DNA of 64,000 nucleotides from Octopus sinensis (taxonomy: Eukaryota). Made by a program: the position numbers and the translations under genes. Shown here in pieces: positions 1 to 13,756 of the stretch. Location: positions 31,744,001 through 31,808,000 of the forward strand of contig NC_043000.1 of assembly GCF_006345805.1 (NCBI RefSeq), in the 5' to 3' direction. The notes under the pieces are model-generated. The model searched no databases. It saw only the letters and a list, made by a program, of their open reading frames with translations, and had not been told where the DNA came from. How positions within the stretch are numbered: position 1 is the stretch's first letter; each line of letters begins with the position of its first letter.

Positions 1-445
1 ATTGATCAGCGATCTATTTTTAACTTCAACTGGTATTCAGCTTCGTATTTTTAGTGTACCCTGACCGCGAGCAAATGTGTCCATAATAACCAATCCCTAT
101 ATCAGAAAAGATAATACTTGCCAAATACAACTTCTATTAATGGCTATTCTAAATATTAGCCGGATCGATAACCAATCCAAATATACAGCCAAATCGATTC
201 TGAACTTAAATATTTGATGTAATGAATGGCCATTGAAAATATCAAAATAATCATTCATTTCGGTGAAAGCAAAAGAGAAGAGTAATATGAAGGCATCGTG
301 GAATTGGCCTAAATATTTGTTTTATTAATAGTACATCGATAATATATAATATCGCTGTTTTTTCAGGTTGGTGTTGCAAAGACTGTTAACGAAAGCGTCG
401 CCGTTAATGGATCTATTATATCATCCCGTTCTTTTTTTATATACG

Positions 446-690
446 CAGACAAAATACATACACACATGCATACATACATATATACACACATGCATACATA
501 CATACATACATACATACATGCATGCATGCATACATACATACATACATACATGCATACATACATACATACATGCATACATACATACATACATACATACATA
601 CATACATACATACATACATGCATGTATGCATACATACATACATACATGCATACATACATACATACATACATACACACATACATACATACA
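446..690. repeat. (ATAC)n microsatellite, interrupted
   Basis: Direct reading: catacatacata... with scattered ATGC/AC variants. Confidence 0.97.
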
Positions 691-1084
691 TTATGGGAGC
701 AATATGTTGATTTGGAAAGTTCCAATTTTGGCGGGTAATGAAAACTGTGGAAGCAAAGATAAATAAGATCTATTTTTAAAGCTGATATGTTTAGATTGTT
801 TAAATCTAAATTTAGATTTTAGATATAATCGTGTAAACAATAATACTTTTGAAAATAAAACAATATTGCTTTTCATGTTTTCTTTTCTTTTTCTTTTTTT
901 TTTCATTACATGAAAAATATCCCGACTCCATAATCTGCTGATTCTCTCATGTGAAATGAAAACTGTAAATGGCAAAGAGAGAAATTCGAACGCATGATGC
1001 TAGTTTTTATCATCACCATCAACCCCTGGACATTACTATTTCAAGTCTTAGAATTCGTAGGGCTGATTGCCCGGTTTCCATGGC

Positions 1085-1085
<1 letters not shown>

Positions 1086-1155
<70 letters not shown>
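1086..1155. repeat. (TTA)n microsatellite abutting the 3' end of an R4-like LINE
   Basis: Pure TTA array. Confidence 0.97.
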
Positions 1156-3994
1156 TGTTTGACTTTTGCTTTGTATTTGTACAAGTTGGCTCCAGGTCAC
1201 ATCGAGAGACCTCAAGAGACAACAAGTTGGAAGTTCATGTTGGTGTTATGCCTAGGATGTCATATATTTGGTTTTGCACAAAATATTGTTCTCGAGAATG
1301 TTTAAGAAAACATAAGACAATTATGAGTTTGTTTTGAAATTTGAGATTACATAGACAGTATTTTACGTAGGATATGGGCAGTTCCCATGAGCACTATCTT
1401 TTCAATTTCTGCCATTTTGGATTTCCTGGTATCTGAGCTAGGTAGCAATCAGCTCCTTTTGCTATCATTCCTAGAGCACCTATGACAACAGGTATTGTTT
1501 TAGTCTTGACGTTCCACATTTTGCTAATTTCTATTTCAAGATCTTAAAACTTGCTCTTTTTTTGGTAGGTCTTGACAGATACGTTTATATCGATTGGGAC
1601 AGTCATATCAATAAGGAGGCATGATTTTCGTCTGAAGTCTTTCAATATAACGTCTGGCCTATTCGCATCTATCTTTCTGACTCTTTGAATGGTGAAGTTC
1701 CAGAAGAGTGAAGTTCCAGAAGAGTGAGCACTAGCGGTGGTTTGTGTTCCCACTAGTTTTTATCATGGGGCAGGTCCAGGTTTTTACAAATTACACAGTG
1801 AATATATTGTGCTGCTCTATCATAACTGTTGAGATACTCTGTAGGCGCAAGAAGACTGCACTTGGAGACAACATGATCAATGGTTTCATTTTGTTGTTGA
1901 CATACACACGTTGGGCTACTGCCGTTCTATAATACGTTGGCCTGGTAGTTTCCTGTAGGTAGGCAGTGATCTTGGGCTGCTATGATAAACCCATCTATTT
2001 CTTATTTTCAGTCAGAAGACACTAACCAATGATGAGTAAGGGCTTTATCAACATCGGCACTATTAGCTCCCTTTGGGTATTTGTCATTGAGAGGTTTTTC
2101 TCGCCACTTATCAGTAAGAATATTTAAGGCAGCAGTTTTAGGACGAGTTTTCATACGTTTAGCTTTTTCTGCGCTTGTTTCTCGTATGTCTAATTCATAG
2201 AATTTGTTGTATTTGGAATTCATTTAGATACTCTTCAGCCTGTTTTGTTACTGAGCATGATGCTTTCTTGTTTTCATGTTTTCAGACAAGTTTTAACATC
2301 CAGTCCTCAGATTTTTTCAGGTAGGTGTCTAGGCCAATTGTAGCAATCTTCATTGTTATTGCCAGTTGTAAAAGTCCACGGCCTCCCTCTTTTCTTGGCA
2401 GATAAAGTCGTTCTATATCTGCCTTAGAGTTGTGCATTCTATGCATTGTCAACAGTTTTCGTATTTTTCTGTCAAGATTACATATTTCAGTAATTGACCA
2501 GTTAACGATATTGAAACTGTAAGTCACGACTGGTATGGTTAAAGTATTGATCGCTTCGATCCTGTTTCTTGCTTTCAGCTCTGTCTTGAGTATTGCTCTT
2601 ACCCTGCCATAACATTCTCGCCTGATACTTTCTCTCATCACTGAATGTTTGATTCCGTCCCCTTCAAGTACTCCTAGGTATTTGTAGCTCTCCGCTGGTT
2701 CTAATTCCTTCATGACATTCTGCTGGTCAAGATTAACATTGGATGTCGCTGTCATTTTTCCTTTGACAAAGGTAGCTTTTGCACATTTATCGAGGCCAAA
2801 TTGCATTCTGATGCCATCACTGAATTGTTTAACAATCGCTAGTAAGCCCTTGAGTTGCTGGTAATTTTTTGCAAAGAGCTTTAAGTAATCCATGTAAATG
2901 AAATGATTTATATTTTTATCAAAGATTTTATAAGAATATTGTACATCATTGAGAGAGGTATTAGGGCTAGACAAAAGAGGAGTGATGATAGAGAGTCACC
3001 TTGGAAAATGCCACATGAAATTCTTAATCTCCAGCATTGAGAGATTTATTGTCATTGTTCAAAGTCAGTGTCGTCCCCCATGATCTCATACTTACGCACA
3101 AGAAGTTTCGCTGAGTAGGTGTTATGTTATACATTTCCAGATATTTCTTAATTCAGCTATGAGGTAGACAACCAGAAGTTTTTAAAAATCTATCCAGGCT
3201 ATGGACAAGTTTTTGTGTCGTTTGTGACAATATTCCAAGATCATCTTATTGATGAGTAGCTTATCATTACAGCCATAGGACCTACGTTTACATCATTTTT
3301 ATCCATTAGGGAATATGCCACTTTCTATTAAAAAACTGTAGGTATATTCAGTCAAGACAGATGTTAGCATTTTATACATTGTTGTTAAGCAGGTTATCGA
3401 TATATAATTTTTGGGTTCATTTGTTTCTTTATTTTTTAGAAGTAGGAATGTTACACCATTAACTAGCCAATAGGGAATCATACTAGGTTGTTGCAAAACA
3501 TTGTTGTACAGTTTTGTTAGCAATTCATGACTCTCTGGGAAGGTATTCAACCAGAAGTTAGGTATTTTATCCTTTCCTGGAGACTTCCATTTGCTTGACT
3601 TCCAGAGAGCAGATCTTACAACCTCTACCTTGATACCCTCCGAGTTTCGCTCTTCTAAGGAGTCTAAGTCAATAAATCAATCCAAGGGGCCTTTTCATTG
3701 AGTGTTTTTCTTCTGCTCAAATTTTATTCCAAAATTCCTAAACTCCTTCTTTTGATGGGACAGACTTTACTGTAACTGGTATTTTCCCTACCTTCCTGTA
3801 AAATTTTTGGGGGTTATTTTTTAATATGCTGGTGTCCTTGAAGAATGTAACGCGCTTTTCATACCTTGATATGTGGGCAGCTTTAGCACATACCTTCTGC
3901 GTAATGGTTTCTATTGGGGTATCGATGTCAAATATGGTTTTCATATATTTTTCTTTAATTTTTTGTTGGTTTGATAATCATGTCAAACTTAGGG

Positions 3995-3997
<3 letters not shown>
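1156..3997 (-). mobile_element. 5'-truncated, decayed R4/Dong-like non-LTR retrotransposon (RT + restriction-like endonuclease)
   Basis: Minus-strand peptides: YMDYLKLFAK (YxDD), FGLDKCA, YKYLG, RLYLPRKEGGRGL, NRPDVILKD..LLIDMTVP (PD..D/E RLE); frameshifts and stops; TAA arrays on both flanks. Confidence 0.9.
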
Positions 3998-4025
<28 letters not shown>

Positions 4026-4078
4026 ATTTATTATTATCATTATTATTATCATTGTTGTTGTTGTTACTATTATTATTA
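3998..4078. repeat. (TTA)n / (TTG)n degenerate microsatellite
   Basis: Direct reading. Confidence 0.9.
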
Positions 4079-4789
4079 CATCTCGGTGAGAACAAGTGCG
4101 TGATTCAATGATTCAGTCGTGAGGCCATTACTTAACAATACATTTTGATGCACACTAATTTCATTAACAGTATAGTCATTACGACTATTTGTTAGGAAGC
4201 GACTAATTATAAAATTTTCGTCATCCTCATTTACTATGCAAGCCTCATTCCCGCCAGTTTTGTGAAATCCATCAGGAGTGTGGCTACTATTCAGTGTAAC
4301 CACAGGTGATATCTCAGTGTCTGGAATATGGCGGCTGTCAATCAAATTGACCGTACACCACACCACATCCGAAACCCTCCCTCTGTTGGAGGCTACAGTG
4401 GACCGTGGGCTGCACGTTGTTCTTGTGTGATATTACGTATACGTTATGTATATTTTGTCCATACTTGTGGGCGCATGGAAGGACAAGTGCGTATTTGCTT
4501 TAGTAAGTACGTGAGTGTCCTAAAACACTATTAATGTACAGGTATGATATTCCCGCTCTACTTTGGTGCCTTTGTAATCAAAATACCTTGATTCAATTGG
4601 AACCTGAAAATAGTTATATAGAGATGTACAGGATTTCCCCCTCAAAAATTGACATTATTTCGTGGTCTAGCAGCATAGCCATTTCTCTCTCAAATGATCT
4701 CAAATTTTAACAAAATGCGCAAAAACTAAGTTTGGACCGGGCAAGCCAGTGATAATGACAATGTGCTGTTGAAATTGCCACCACGTCCA

Positions 4790-6960
4790 CCTGACATACA
4801 ATTACACATTACCAAGTCCGGAGGAAAATTTTGCGTAGTTCAATGGAGGAACATTTTTTTTCAAAATTAGACCTGTCGGAGGTGTATTTACAGTTACAAG
4901 TCGAGGAGAAATGTTCGAAATTATTAACGATAAACACCCATAACGGTTTATATAAATTCAGTCGACTTCCTTTTGGGATAAAGGTGGCACCAAGAATTTT
5001 CCAACAGGTGATGAACACTATGCTTGCGGATACGGATCACGCTATAGCTTACTTGGATGACATGTTCATAAAGAGTGAGCCTCGAGGCCAGCATGAGGAA
5101 CATGTTGACAAGGTCTTTGAAAGGCAGCGAGCTGGCAGAAACGTTAGCACGCCGGGCGAAATGCTTAGCGGTATTTCGTCTGCCGTTACGTTCTGAGTTC
5201 AAATTCTGCCGAGGTCGACTTTGCCTTTCATCCTTTCGGGGTCGATTAAATAAGTACCACTGGGGTCGATATAATCGACTTAATCCGTTTGACTGTCCTT
5301 GTTTGTCCTCTCTGTGTTTAGCCCCTTGTGGGTAGTAAAGAAACATGTCTTTGAAAGAATAAAGGAGTATGGATTTAAACTTAGCAAGGAAAAAGGCGAA
5401 TTTTTCATGCCAGAAATAAAATATCTAGGGTAAGTTATCGATAAAAATGGTCGTTGGCCAGATTCTTCAAGATCGACTGCAATAAAAAATGTGCCTTCCC
5501 TGAAAAATATCACAGCATTACAATCGTTTTGGGGGCTTGCAAACTATTACCAAATATATATATACCGAATATGCATGAACTAAGAGCACCTATTAAAAAA
5601 ATACGTTAAATGGTATTGGTCGGACAGGTGCCAAAAAGCGTTCGAAGAAATTTTAAAGGTTTTAACATCGGAACTGTCATTATCGCACTTTGATCCAAAT
5701 TTAAAAATAGCAGTAGCATCAGATGCTAGCAAAAGTGGCAAAGGAGCAGTAATTTTACACAAGTATGAGAATGGTAGCGTAAAACACATCGCTCATGCTT
5801 CACGTTCATTGTTGGCGGCTGAAAAACCCTACAGCCAAATTGAGAAGGAGACGCTAGCCATTTTTTTGCAGTAAAAAAGTTTCACAAATTCGTATATGCA
5901 AGGAAATTCAGTCTGCAGACAGATCATCGCCCATTGTTGTCAATTTACAGATCGAATAAAGGGTATTCCCACACATACAGCCAATCGATTGCAGCGCTGG
6001 GGAATGATCCTGCTAAAATATGGCTTTAAGATGGAGTTTCTACCATCAAAAAAACTGTGACATGTGAATGGGCTGTCAAGATTGATACCTAAATACAGTG
6101 AACTGTTAGAGGACATAGCAGCATTAAAAGCTGAAATCGAAATAAAAAATATACTCTGCAACGTAGTACGCGAACTACCTGTCACTTTAGAGGAAATAAA
6201 ATTTAAAACAGAGAAGGATGTGTTCATAATAAAAATGTAAAAAATAGTGAAGTCAGAAAAAAATACAAAAACTCATGTAGCACAGATATGTGATGACGTA
6301 CTTATGTACACTCAGAGGGTTGCAATACCTGTTTCATTGAAAAATCGTATGCTGAAAGAATTCCACATGGGACATCCAGGAATCGCGAGAATGAAAGCTC
6401 TGATGAGGAGCTACGTTTACCGGTCGAATATAGTTCAGGATATTGAAAAATTGGTGAAAGCCTGCAGGGGTTTGCCCTGGCAGCAAAAGCACCACCTATA
6501 AAAAACCCAGCTTTGACTCAAGACTGACATACGTTGGTCCAGATTACACATAAACTTTTCAGGACCGTTAAATGGAGGGTATTATCTAATAGACGTGGAT
6601 AGTTGCACGAAATGGCCGGAAATGTGGAAATGTAGGAAGCCAACCCCCAAATGAAAAAATGGAATTTCCGGACGAACATTTTGTGCGATATGGCGACCCA
6701 GACACTATAGTGTCTGATAACGGAACACATTTCAGTCGAAGGAGTTTAAAAACTTTTGTAAAATGCATGCAACAGAGCATATAACTACTCTGCCATACCA
6801 CCCGAGATCGAATGAACTAGCGGAACGTTTTGCAGACACGTTTAAGAGGGCGCTGAAAATTTCTAGGAATGAGCTACTAGCTGATAGTGCATTGATGCAA
6901 TTCTTAAGTGTCTACCGAATAACACCTGACCCCAAAACCACTTCAGGTATACCGCCAGTA
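4790..6960 (+). mobile_element. pol: Decayed Ty3/Gypsy pol (RT-RNaseH-integrase), no LTRs seen, interrupted by a SINE
   Basis: FSKLDLSEVYLQ, RLPFGIKVAPRIFQ, AYLDD; RNaseH VASDASK, YSQIEKE, TDHRPL; integrase HMGHPG..C, IVSDNG, PYHPRSN..AER; frameshifts and stops. Confidence 0.93.
5124..5343 (+). mobile_element. SINE family B, full length, 11-bp TSD GTCTTTGAAAG (5113-5123 / 5347-5357)
   Basis: tRNA-like head gcagcgagctggcagaaacgttag..gagttcaaattc, tail gtagtaaagaaa; homologous copies at 35003, 37340, 43600 and 58075; empty site visible in the duplicate at ~7693-7706. Confidence 0.92.
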
Positions 6961-7441
6961 AAGTCAGATCAGTGTTATGGGTTGTGAGGGACATTATGTA
7001 ATTAGGATAAGAGATTGTGAAAACGTTAAGTAAATAGATTTAATTAAAGAGAAGGAAAGGGATAGATAAGAAAAGAAAAACAGAAAAAGATATAGAGAGA
7101 AATACAATTTGCTGGGGGGAAAAGAATAACTAAAAGAAAATTAAATAGATGGAGATTAGCTAATTGAATGAAGTTAGAAAAAGCAATAAGTGACTTGGGA
7201 TAATTAATGTAAAATATATATGTAGGTTATAATATTTTAAAGTTATGGTTAAGAAAGATTAGGCTATATTGTATACTTAGATAATTCAAAAGTAAGTATT
7301 TTAATTCTGATTCGCTTGTAAAGAGGCTTTGTATCTTCAATGGTTAAGATCAATTTATAGTGGTGGTGGGGTTATATATGTAAAATATAAATTTAAAGAT
7401 ACTAATTTATCGATTATGAAGAAAATTCATTCTACTAAAAA

Positions 7442-7507
<66 letters not shown>
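7442..7507. repeat. (TTA)n microsatellite
   Basis: Direct reading. Confidence 0.95.
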
Positions 7508-7510
<3 letters not shown>

Positions 7511-7754
7511 GATAAACACCCATAACGGTTTATACAAATTCAGTCGACTTCCTTTTGGGATAAAGGTGGCACCAAGAATTTTCCGACAGGTGATGAACAC
7601 TATGCTTGCGGATACGGATCTCGCTATAGCTTACTTGGATGACATGCTCATAAAAAGTGAGCCTCGAGGCCAGCATGAGGAACATGTTGAAAAGGTCTTT
7701 GAAAGAATATAGGAGTATGGATTTAAACTTAGCAAGGAAAAAGGCGAATTTTTC
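7502..7754 (+). mobile_element. Duplicated Gypsy RT segment (copy of ~4920-5123 + 5358-5406, without the SINE)
   Basis: Near-identical ttaacgataaacacccataacgg...cttagcaaggaaaaaggcgaatttttc. Confidence 0.93.
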
Positions 7755-8529
7755 CTTGCTAAGTATATAAGAGGATGTTTCGATTGGGACAGATTTACTG
7801 AAAATTGTATATTTAATTTCTCTAATGGTAAAAATATATCTAAAAGTAGAGCATTGTTATATTATAGTAATAGTAAAAGCAATATCCAGAAATAGGTATG
7901 ATGGTTAAGTAATGTTAGTGTTGGTACATATAATTATATAGAATGTACTTATATTATAATTAACAATAAAGTGGATAGTGTAATATTTTGTGATAATTTA
8001 GGGTAAATTGAGATATGAATTTAAAATTAAAGTCTGAAGAAAATTTAAATTTAAGAAGTTAAAAAATCCAAAATGAATAAATTAAAGAAATTTTTTAAAT
8101 TAAAAAGTTAATAAATAAATCTGTTAGGAATAAAATTGAGAGATTTGAAAGATTTAAGAATATAAAAAAATTAATAATGAGCATACTAATATTATGGTTT
8201 TAAATAGGGGTTAAATGTATTCCACTAAAATGAAAAAAGTATAAATAGTAGATTATAAAGTAAGCAACGGAAATGTAATTTTAATAGTGGTGTATATATT
8301 AATGTGAACTAAACATTTAGTATAGTTAACAATAAGGGGATATTATATATTATTGTATTAAGTTGAGATAAATTGAGATTAGAATTTAGGATTAAATTTT
8401 TAATTTTTTTTTAAATTACAAATTAAAAAATTAAATATCGAAGAGTTAATTGATATCATGGGAATAAAAATAGGGGTTATAAGTATACCTCTGATAAGAA
8501 ATAGTATAAAAATCTAGTGATATGGAACG

Positions 8530-9260
8530 CCTTAGAAAATTATATATGCGGTTGCGGAAAAGTCAGAACACTGAAACATATTCTTTCCAACTGTTCACTG
8601 GCATTGAACAGATATACATGAAGACACAATCTGTTCGCTAAGGCTATTTTCAATGCTATAAAGAACCAAATTGCTCTCATCAACAGTGGCCAAAATTCAT
8701 TGAAAGAAACAACCAGGGGTTTCATTATCTTCGTGCGCTCAGGACAGTAGATCCGTTTCAAGAAGAAACTTCCTGTGAGCGATGAAAAATAAACGGCTAT
8801 TGGGTGGTGGTTGCAGATTTACCAGGGTGCCAAGGATTCTTTACCATCTCAGTTACGAGAATCCGGATATCATAATATGGTGTGAAAGAAAGTGGTAAAT
8901 CTAGTTGCGTTAACGGTTCCTCGTGAAAATAACTTGGACGCCGCTCGGGCTCGAAAGATTGTCCGTCATGTAAACCTCCTCGGGGAATGTGAAGACGCGG
9001 GGTGGAAAGCGGAGCATTTTCCACTCGAAGTCCGATGTAAAGGATTCGTTAGATACAGTGTGAGGCGACTGTTGTTATCGTTAGGCCTAACTCATCGTAA
9101 AGCAAATACCACCATGAGTGATATCCAAACTACAGTGGAAAGGGCTAGCCACTAGATTTGGTTACAAAGAGAGGATGAGCGATGGCTAGAAGAATATTGA
9201 GCTATATCTGATAACCAGTTGACCTAGCAAACGGGTATTCATTTCAGTGAGGGGGCGGCC
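8530..9260 (+). mobile_element. 3' fragment of HERO/NeSL-like RLE non-LTR retrotransposon
   Basis: CGCGKVRTLKHILSNCSLALNRYT*RHN (CCHC), PDIIIW, LTVPRENNLDAARARK, GWKAEHFPLEVRCKGF, ERASH*IW. Confidence 0.82.
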
Positions 9261-9269
9261 GATGCACAA

Positions 9270-9430
9270 CGCACACACACACGCACGCCCACACATGCAC
9301 ACACACATATTTATGTTTGTATATAGTATGTATGCATATATGTATGTATGTATGTATGTATGCATGTATGTATGTATGTATGTATGTATGTATGTATGTA
9401 TGTATGTATGCATGTATGCATGTATGTATC
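9270..9430. repeat. (CA)n + (TATG)n microsatellite
   Basis: Direct reading. Confidence 0.93.
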
Positions 9431-9799
9431 TATATATAGGATTCTATTCAAATTTTAAGCCGCTCTAGACAAATTATTACTCGCCGAGAGAATTAATTAA
9501 CATTATAAAACAATGGCTATTTTTGCACGTATTAGGAAGATAATCATAGAGGAATTAATTTAATATCGGTAATTAATTGTCTGGTAATCAATTCTGTGTA
9601 TAAAATTACAATGTCCTTCTTGTAGTGGCTAGAATTTTTGTCAAAAATTACTTCCGATAAAGAAAATTGCAATATTGAGGAATGCTTAACTCTTTTAAGA
9701 TACCATATGTGAACTGATAAAGCAATTGACCAACAGAAGGTCTAAATCGACGAAGTCATTTAAGAATTAAATATCCTACCGAGGGACGCAAAAAAGTAT

Positions 9800-9875
9800 T
9801 GAGGGCAGGATTCGAACTGCTCACCTCTAGGTTTGTCATCTGCGTTAATCATTCAACAACCTTCGCAGCTTCCTT
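9800..9875 (-). mobile_element. tRNA-derived SINE head relic
   Basis: Minus-strand B-box GTTCGAATCC and a degenerate A-box about 45 nt upstream; no cloverleaf, so not a tRNA gene. Confidence 0.35.
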
Positions 9876-11289
9876 CGTTGAGTGGTGTTGTGTGAAAAAA
9901 ACCCACAATCTGATTAAATAGAAAGAGTGAACACTTGTTAGTCCTGTAATGCAGTTGTAATGCAAATCTCTTCGCGCCTTTCTTCTATTTTTCCCTTCCA
10001 CCGTCTCCCTTCTATCTCTTTTTTTTTCCCCTCACTTTTACAATTGTTATTACTGTGTTATGATTTTGTAGGTTCCCAGCATTAATAAAAACACGCGCAC
10101 TACAGTTAACTTCCATATCAATTGGTTGGTCAGTCTTTCACTACACGTTTGTCACACTTCAGCTTCACAGGGGGTCAACAATTCGTCAGAGCTGCAATAT
10201 TGTCGATACCTGAATTGCAGCATTTGTGGCTGTAGATTTTGGCAATGTTAGTGTAATCAATAAAGTCACGAGCATTATACACCGAGTCAGTAGGAAACCA
10301 TTAAATAGGATAAACCCACTCTACTAAATTTGCTATCCGAACTTTCTTATCTTTTTCTAGAAGGAGAATAATGTTCTTCAAACTATAAATGATGGCATGA
10401 TTATCACCTTACACAGTCAGAGCGATTACTATAAATATCAAGGGATTTCTCGCCTGATATTGCAAATCTTGTTGTAAATGAAAGGAATAAATTATTTGTC
10501 TTATGTTCCTCACTGCTCGTACTAAGCTGTTTAAACTTATCAATAATAACAAGGTATGACGATTATTTGTAACAAGTTGTTCCTCCACAAGTTTAAAACA
10601 AATATTCTATCGTGTTCTTCGATAGAATTCTTCGAAGGATATAGGTATATTTAATAAGAATTTACGCATGAATATATATAACAGAAGAGAAGAGAAAAAT
10701 ATCAAGAATTGTTTAGGAATGTCATCCAATAATAAATACTAGAAGCATCAAGGCACTGAAACATTTTGCAGTGTGATTATGTCTTATAGTTCTTTCCCAA
10801 ACCTACTTGGATGCAGAATGTTGCGAAGAGTTTTGCTTCATTTGCTTATTAATTTATATATTTTGGATCGCGCATCATTTAAGGAGTAAAATTCTTGTGT
10901 GGGTATGAGACTCGCTTCGGACCACATTATTTTAGGTTCGATCACATTGCACAAAACTCTTCTACCAGAGCTTCGGATTGGCCAAACTTTGCGATTGAAA
11001 TTTGGTAGAAAGAAAAAGTAAAAGTTTGTTGTGTATATATTTGTGTATCTACGTTTGTGCGTATGTATGTGTGCATGTATGTTGGGATTGCGTATATATG
11101 TTATGATTGTGAGGCTTTCGCTGATGTATAATGGTGAAAGAAATATACATTGACCAGAAAACAAAAACATCTTTTAATTAGAAAAACTCCTTCCTCACTA
11201 TTTAGAAATGTTATGAACATATGACTGGCCGTTGGAAATTCGTAATCAACAATACAGTTGTGTGTGAATTGCGGTATAAAATGCTATAA

Positions 11290-13139
11290 ATGAATCTCTG
11301 GGAAAATTGATAAAGTCTCTTTATTACGGTAATCGAGGAGACTCCAAAAGAACTTCATTCCAACACTACCACCAAAGGATGAATACAATACAATATCGCA
11401 AAGGCATATTCCAAGGAGACAGCCTCTTTGTGATTTTGTTTATACTTGCTGTAAATCCCTTGTCATTCATGATAAGAAAGACTGAAGGCTATCTCACTGG
11501 TTCACAAGGAAACAGAAATACCAAAATTACACAAGATGACTTAAAATTTTATGCAAAGAATGCGCATGAGATGGAAAACATCCTTGACCTAGTTACAACA
11601 TTCTCAAAGGATGTAGGGTTGGAGTTTGGTCAGGATAAATGTTGTTATATAGTTGTGAAAAGGGAGAAAACTATAAACCAGACTAGTAATATCTCCATCA
11701 ATGATTAGACTATTTCACCTGTATCTGACGAGGAATCTTACAAGTATCTAGGGGTACATGAAAATATATCTTACAATGGCACCTGTAACAAAACACTTGT
11801 CACTAAAGAGTATTACAGCCGAATAAAGAAAATTTGGACCTCAGAACTCTCTGCATTTAATAAAACAATGGCCCACAATGTATTTGCAGTGCCAGTACCA
11901 ACATTTGGGCTGCTTGATTACACGCTTGATGAGGTCCAAGCCATTGATGTGAAAACCCGAAAAATACTAATAAGCACACATTACTTCCACTGCCTCTACC
12001 TAAATCGAAAGCAAGGCGGCATAGGATTAGCATCAATCCAAAATATATTTCAATGTCGCATCATATCCCTTCGGCAACATCTTTTAAACACCAAGTTTAA
12101 ACACCATCCCTTGAGCAAGTTTGCACAGATGAGGTTGATAACATCATATGACTTGGAAGGCAGCAACTTGAGTAATACTGTTTGTTTGAAAACCTAGAAT
12201 ACATGCCCCAAGAAGTCGTACGATTCTACCGCAAAGTATCACCAGATGAAAGGATGAGCAGATATGAGCAGAAGACTATGCATGGATATGTTAGTAGAAA
12301 ACTCCGTGATGAGAGTAACATCAGTCATCAAAGCAGTTTATCATGGACCAATAGCCGGATTATTACCTCCCACTTTGAAGGGTATGCGTTTTCTATCCAG
12401 GAACAGGAAATATCAACCAAGTACCTGAGGCACAAAAGGGACAGAGATGCAGGAAAAGCCGTAAAATGAAACAACCGATGCGGTCTTTGTGGAGTTAACA
12501 CCAAAGATAACACCCACATGATAAGCTGTCGTCCAAAAACGCTATCAAGATTTTATCTTCCGATGAGACATGACGTTGTAGCTAGGACACTCTAGAATTA
12601 AATCGGTCGGAAGGATAATCCCAAGGGCAAAGAAATAAGAGCCCATAATATGGTAGAAGCCACAGCCACTCATAATAAAAAGGAATACTGGTGGAATGTC
12701 CCAGTGAAGACCTCAAAAGAATATAAGCACAACAGACCTGATATAATGATTTGGGATAGAGAAGAGAAACTGTTCATAGTTGTGGAAATTAGCTGCCCAG
12801 TGGATGTTAACATAAAACTGAAGATCAGTGAAAAAGGGAATACCTACGCTGAACTATTGAGAAATCTGCAGTTACTCTATCCAGATTACAAGTTCAGGTT
12901 TATACCTATAATTATTGGGGCCCTGAGATATGTAACACACTGCCTAAATAACAATCTTGAGAAATTAAGCTTCTCAAAACCAGAAAGGAGAAAGTTAATT
13001 CGAAGACTACAGACCCAATCCATCACTGGAACTGTAAAAACTGTAAAACTTCCCAGAAATTTATCATTTAAATATATATAAACATGTCTAGATATATAAC
13101 TAATATGTATGAGATTATATACATAAAACATACAAATCT

Positions 13140-13193
<54 letters not shown>

Positions 13194-13460
13194 ATACACA
13201 CACATACACACACACATACACACACACATACAAACACACACACATACACACACACACATACACAAACACATACACACACACACATACACACATACATACA
13301 TACATACATACATATACATACATACATACATACATACATACATACATAGTCTTGTTGATGTTGAAATTCCAATAAAAAAATCCTTGGATCTAAGTTAAAA
13401 ACCGGTTCTTTCCCTCTTGGCAAGAAGTCTTGAAATAAAACTGAACAATGAGATGCATAT
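11290..13460 (+). mobile_element. R4-like RLE non-LTR retrotransposon, ACAT-tailed family, copy 1 (5'-truncated, decayed)
   Basis: GIFQGDSL, DDLKFYAK, FGQDKC, HNRPDIMIWD..VEISCP, PIIIGAL; 3'UTR with an internal AC/ATAC array and a conserved ~110-nt terminal block. Confidence 0.9.
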
Positions 13461-13756
13461 AAGTGCATACGCACACACATACACACACATACACACATAC
13501 ACACACATACACACACACACACATACACACACACATACACACACACACATACAAACATACACACATACACACATACACACATACACACATACACACAGAC
13601 ACATACATACACACACATACATACATACACACACATACATGCACACATACATACACACATACATACATCCATACACACACACATACACACACACACATAC
13701 ATACATATACATACATACATACATACATACATACATACATACATACATACATACAT

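Noticed and set aside
350-445. Acceptor-like TTTTTCAG followed by VGVAKTVNESVAVNGSIISSR
   Set aside because: No donor before the microsatellite and no recognisable family
363-766. ORFs of YVCM/HTYI type here and throughout the ORF track (also poly-Y, I, L, D, E, H and YLSI ORFs)
   Set aside because: Translations of ATAC, TA, TTA, GAT, GAA and AGAT microsatellites, which lack stops in some frames; not genes
4076-4366. 96-aa minus-strand ORF
   Set aside because: No motif or convincing splice signals; cannot be supported as a CDS
6965-8530. Call as a mitochondrial insertion (ND2/ATP6)
   Set aside because: Composition fits, but I could not recover any mitochondrial protein or tRNA motif; kept only as an open finding
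10380-10560. Integrase-like YLVIIDKF..FTTRF..IYSN on the minus strand
   Set aside because: Resemblance too weak and downstream catalytic motifs not recoverable
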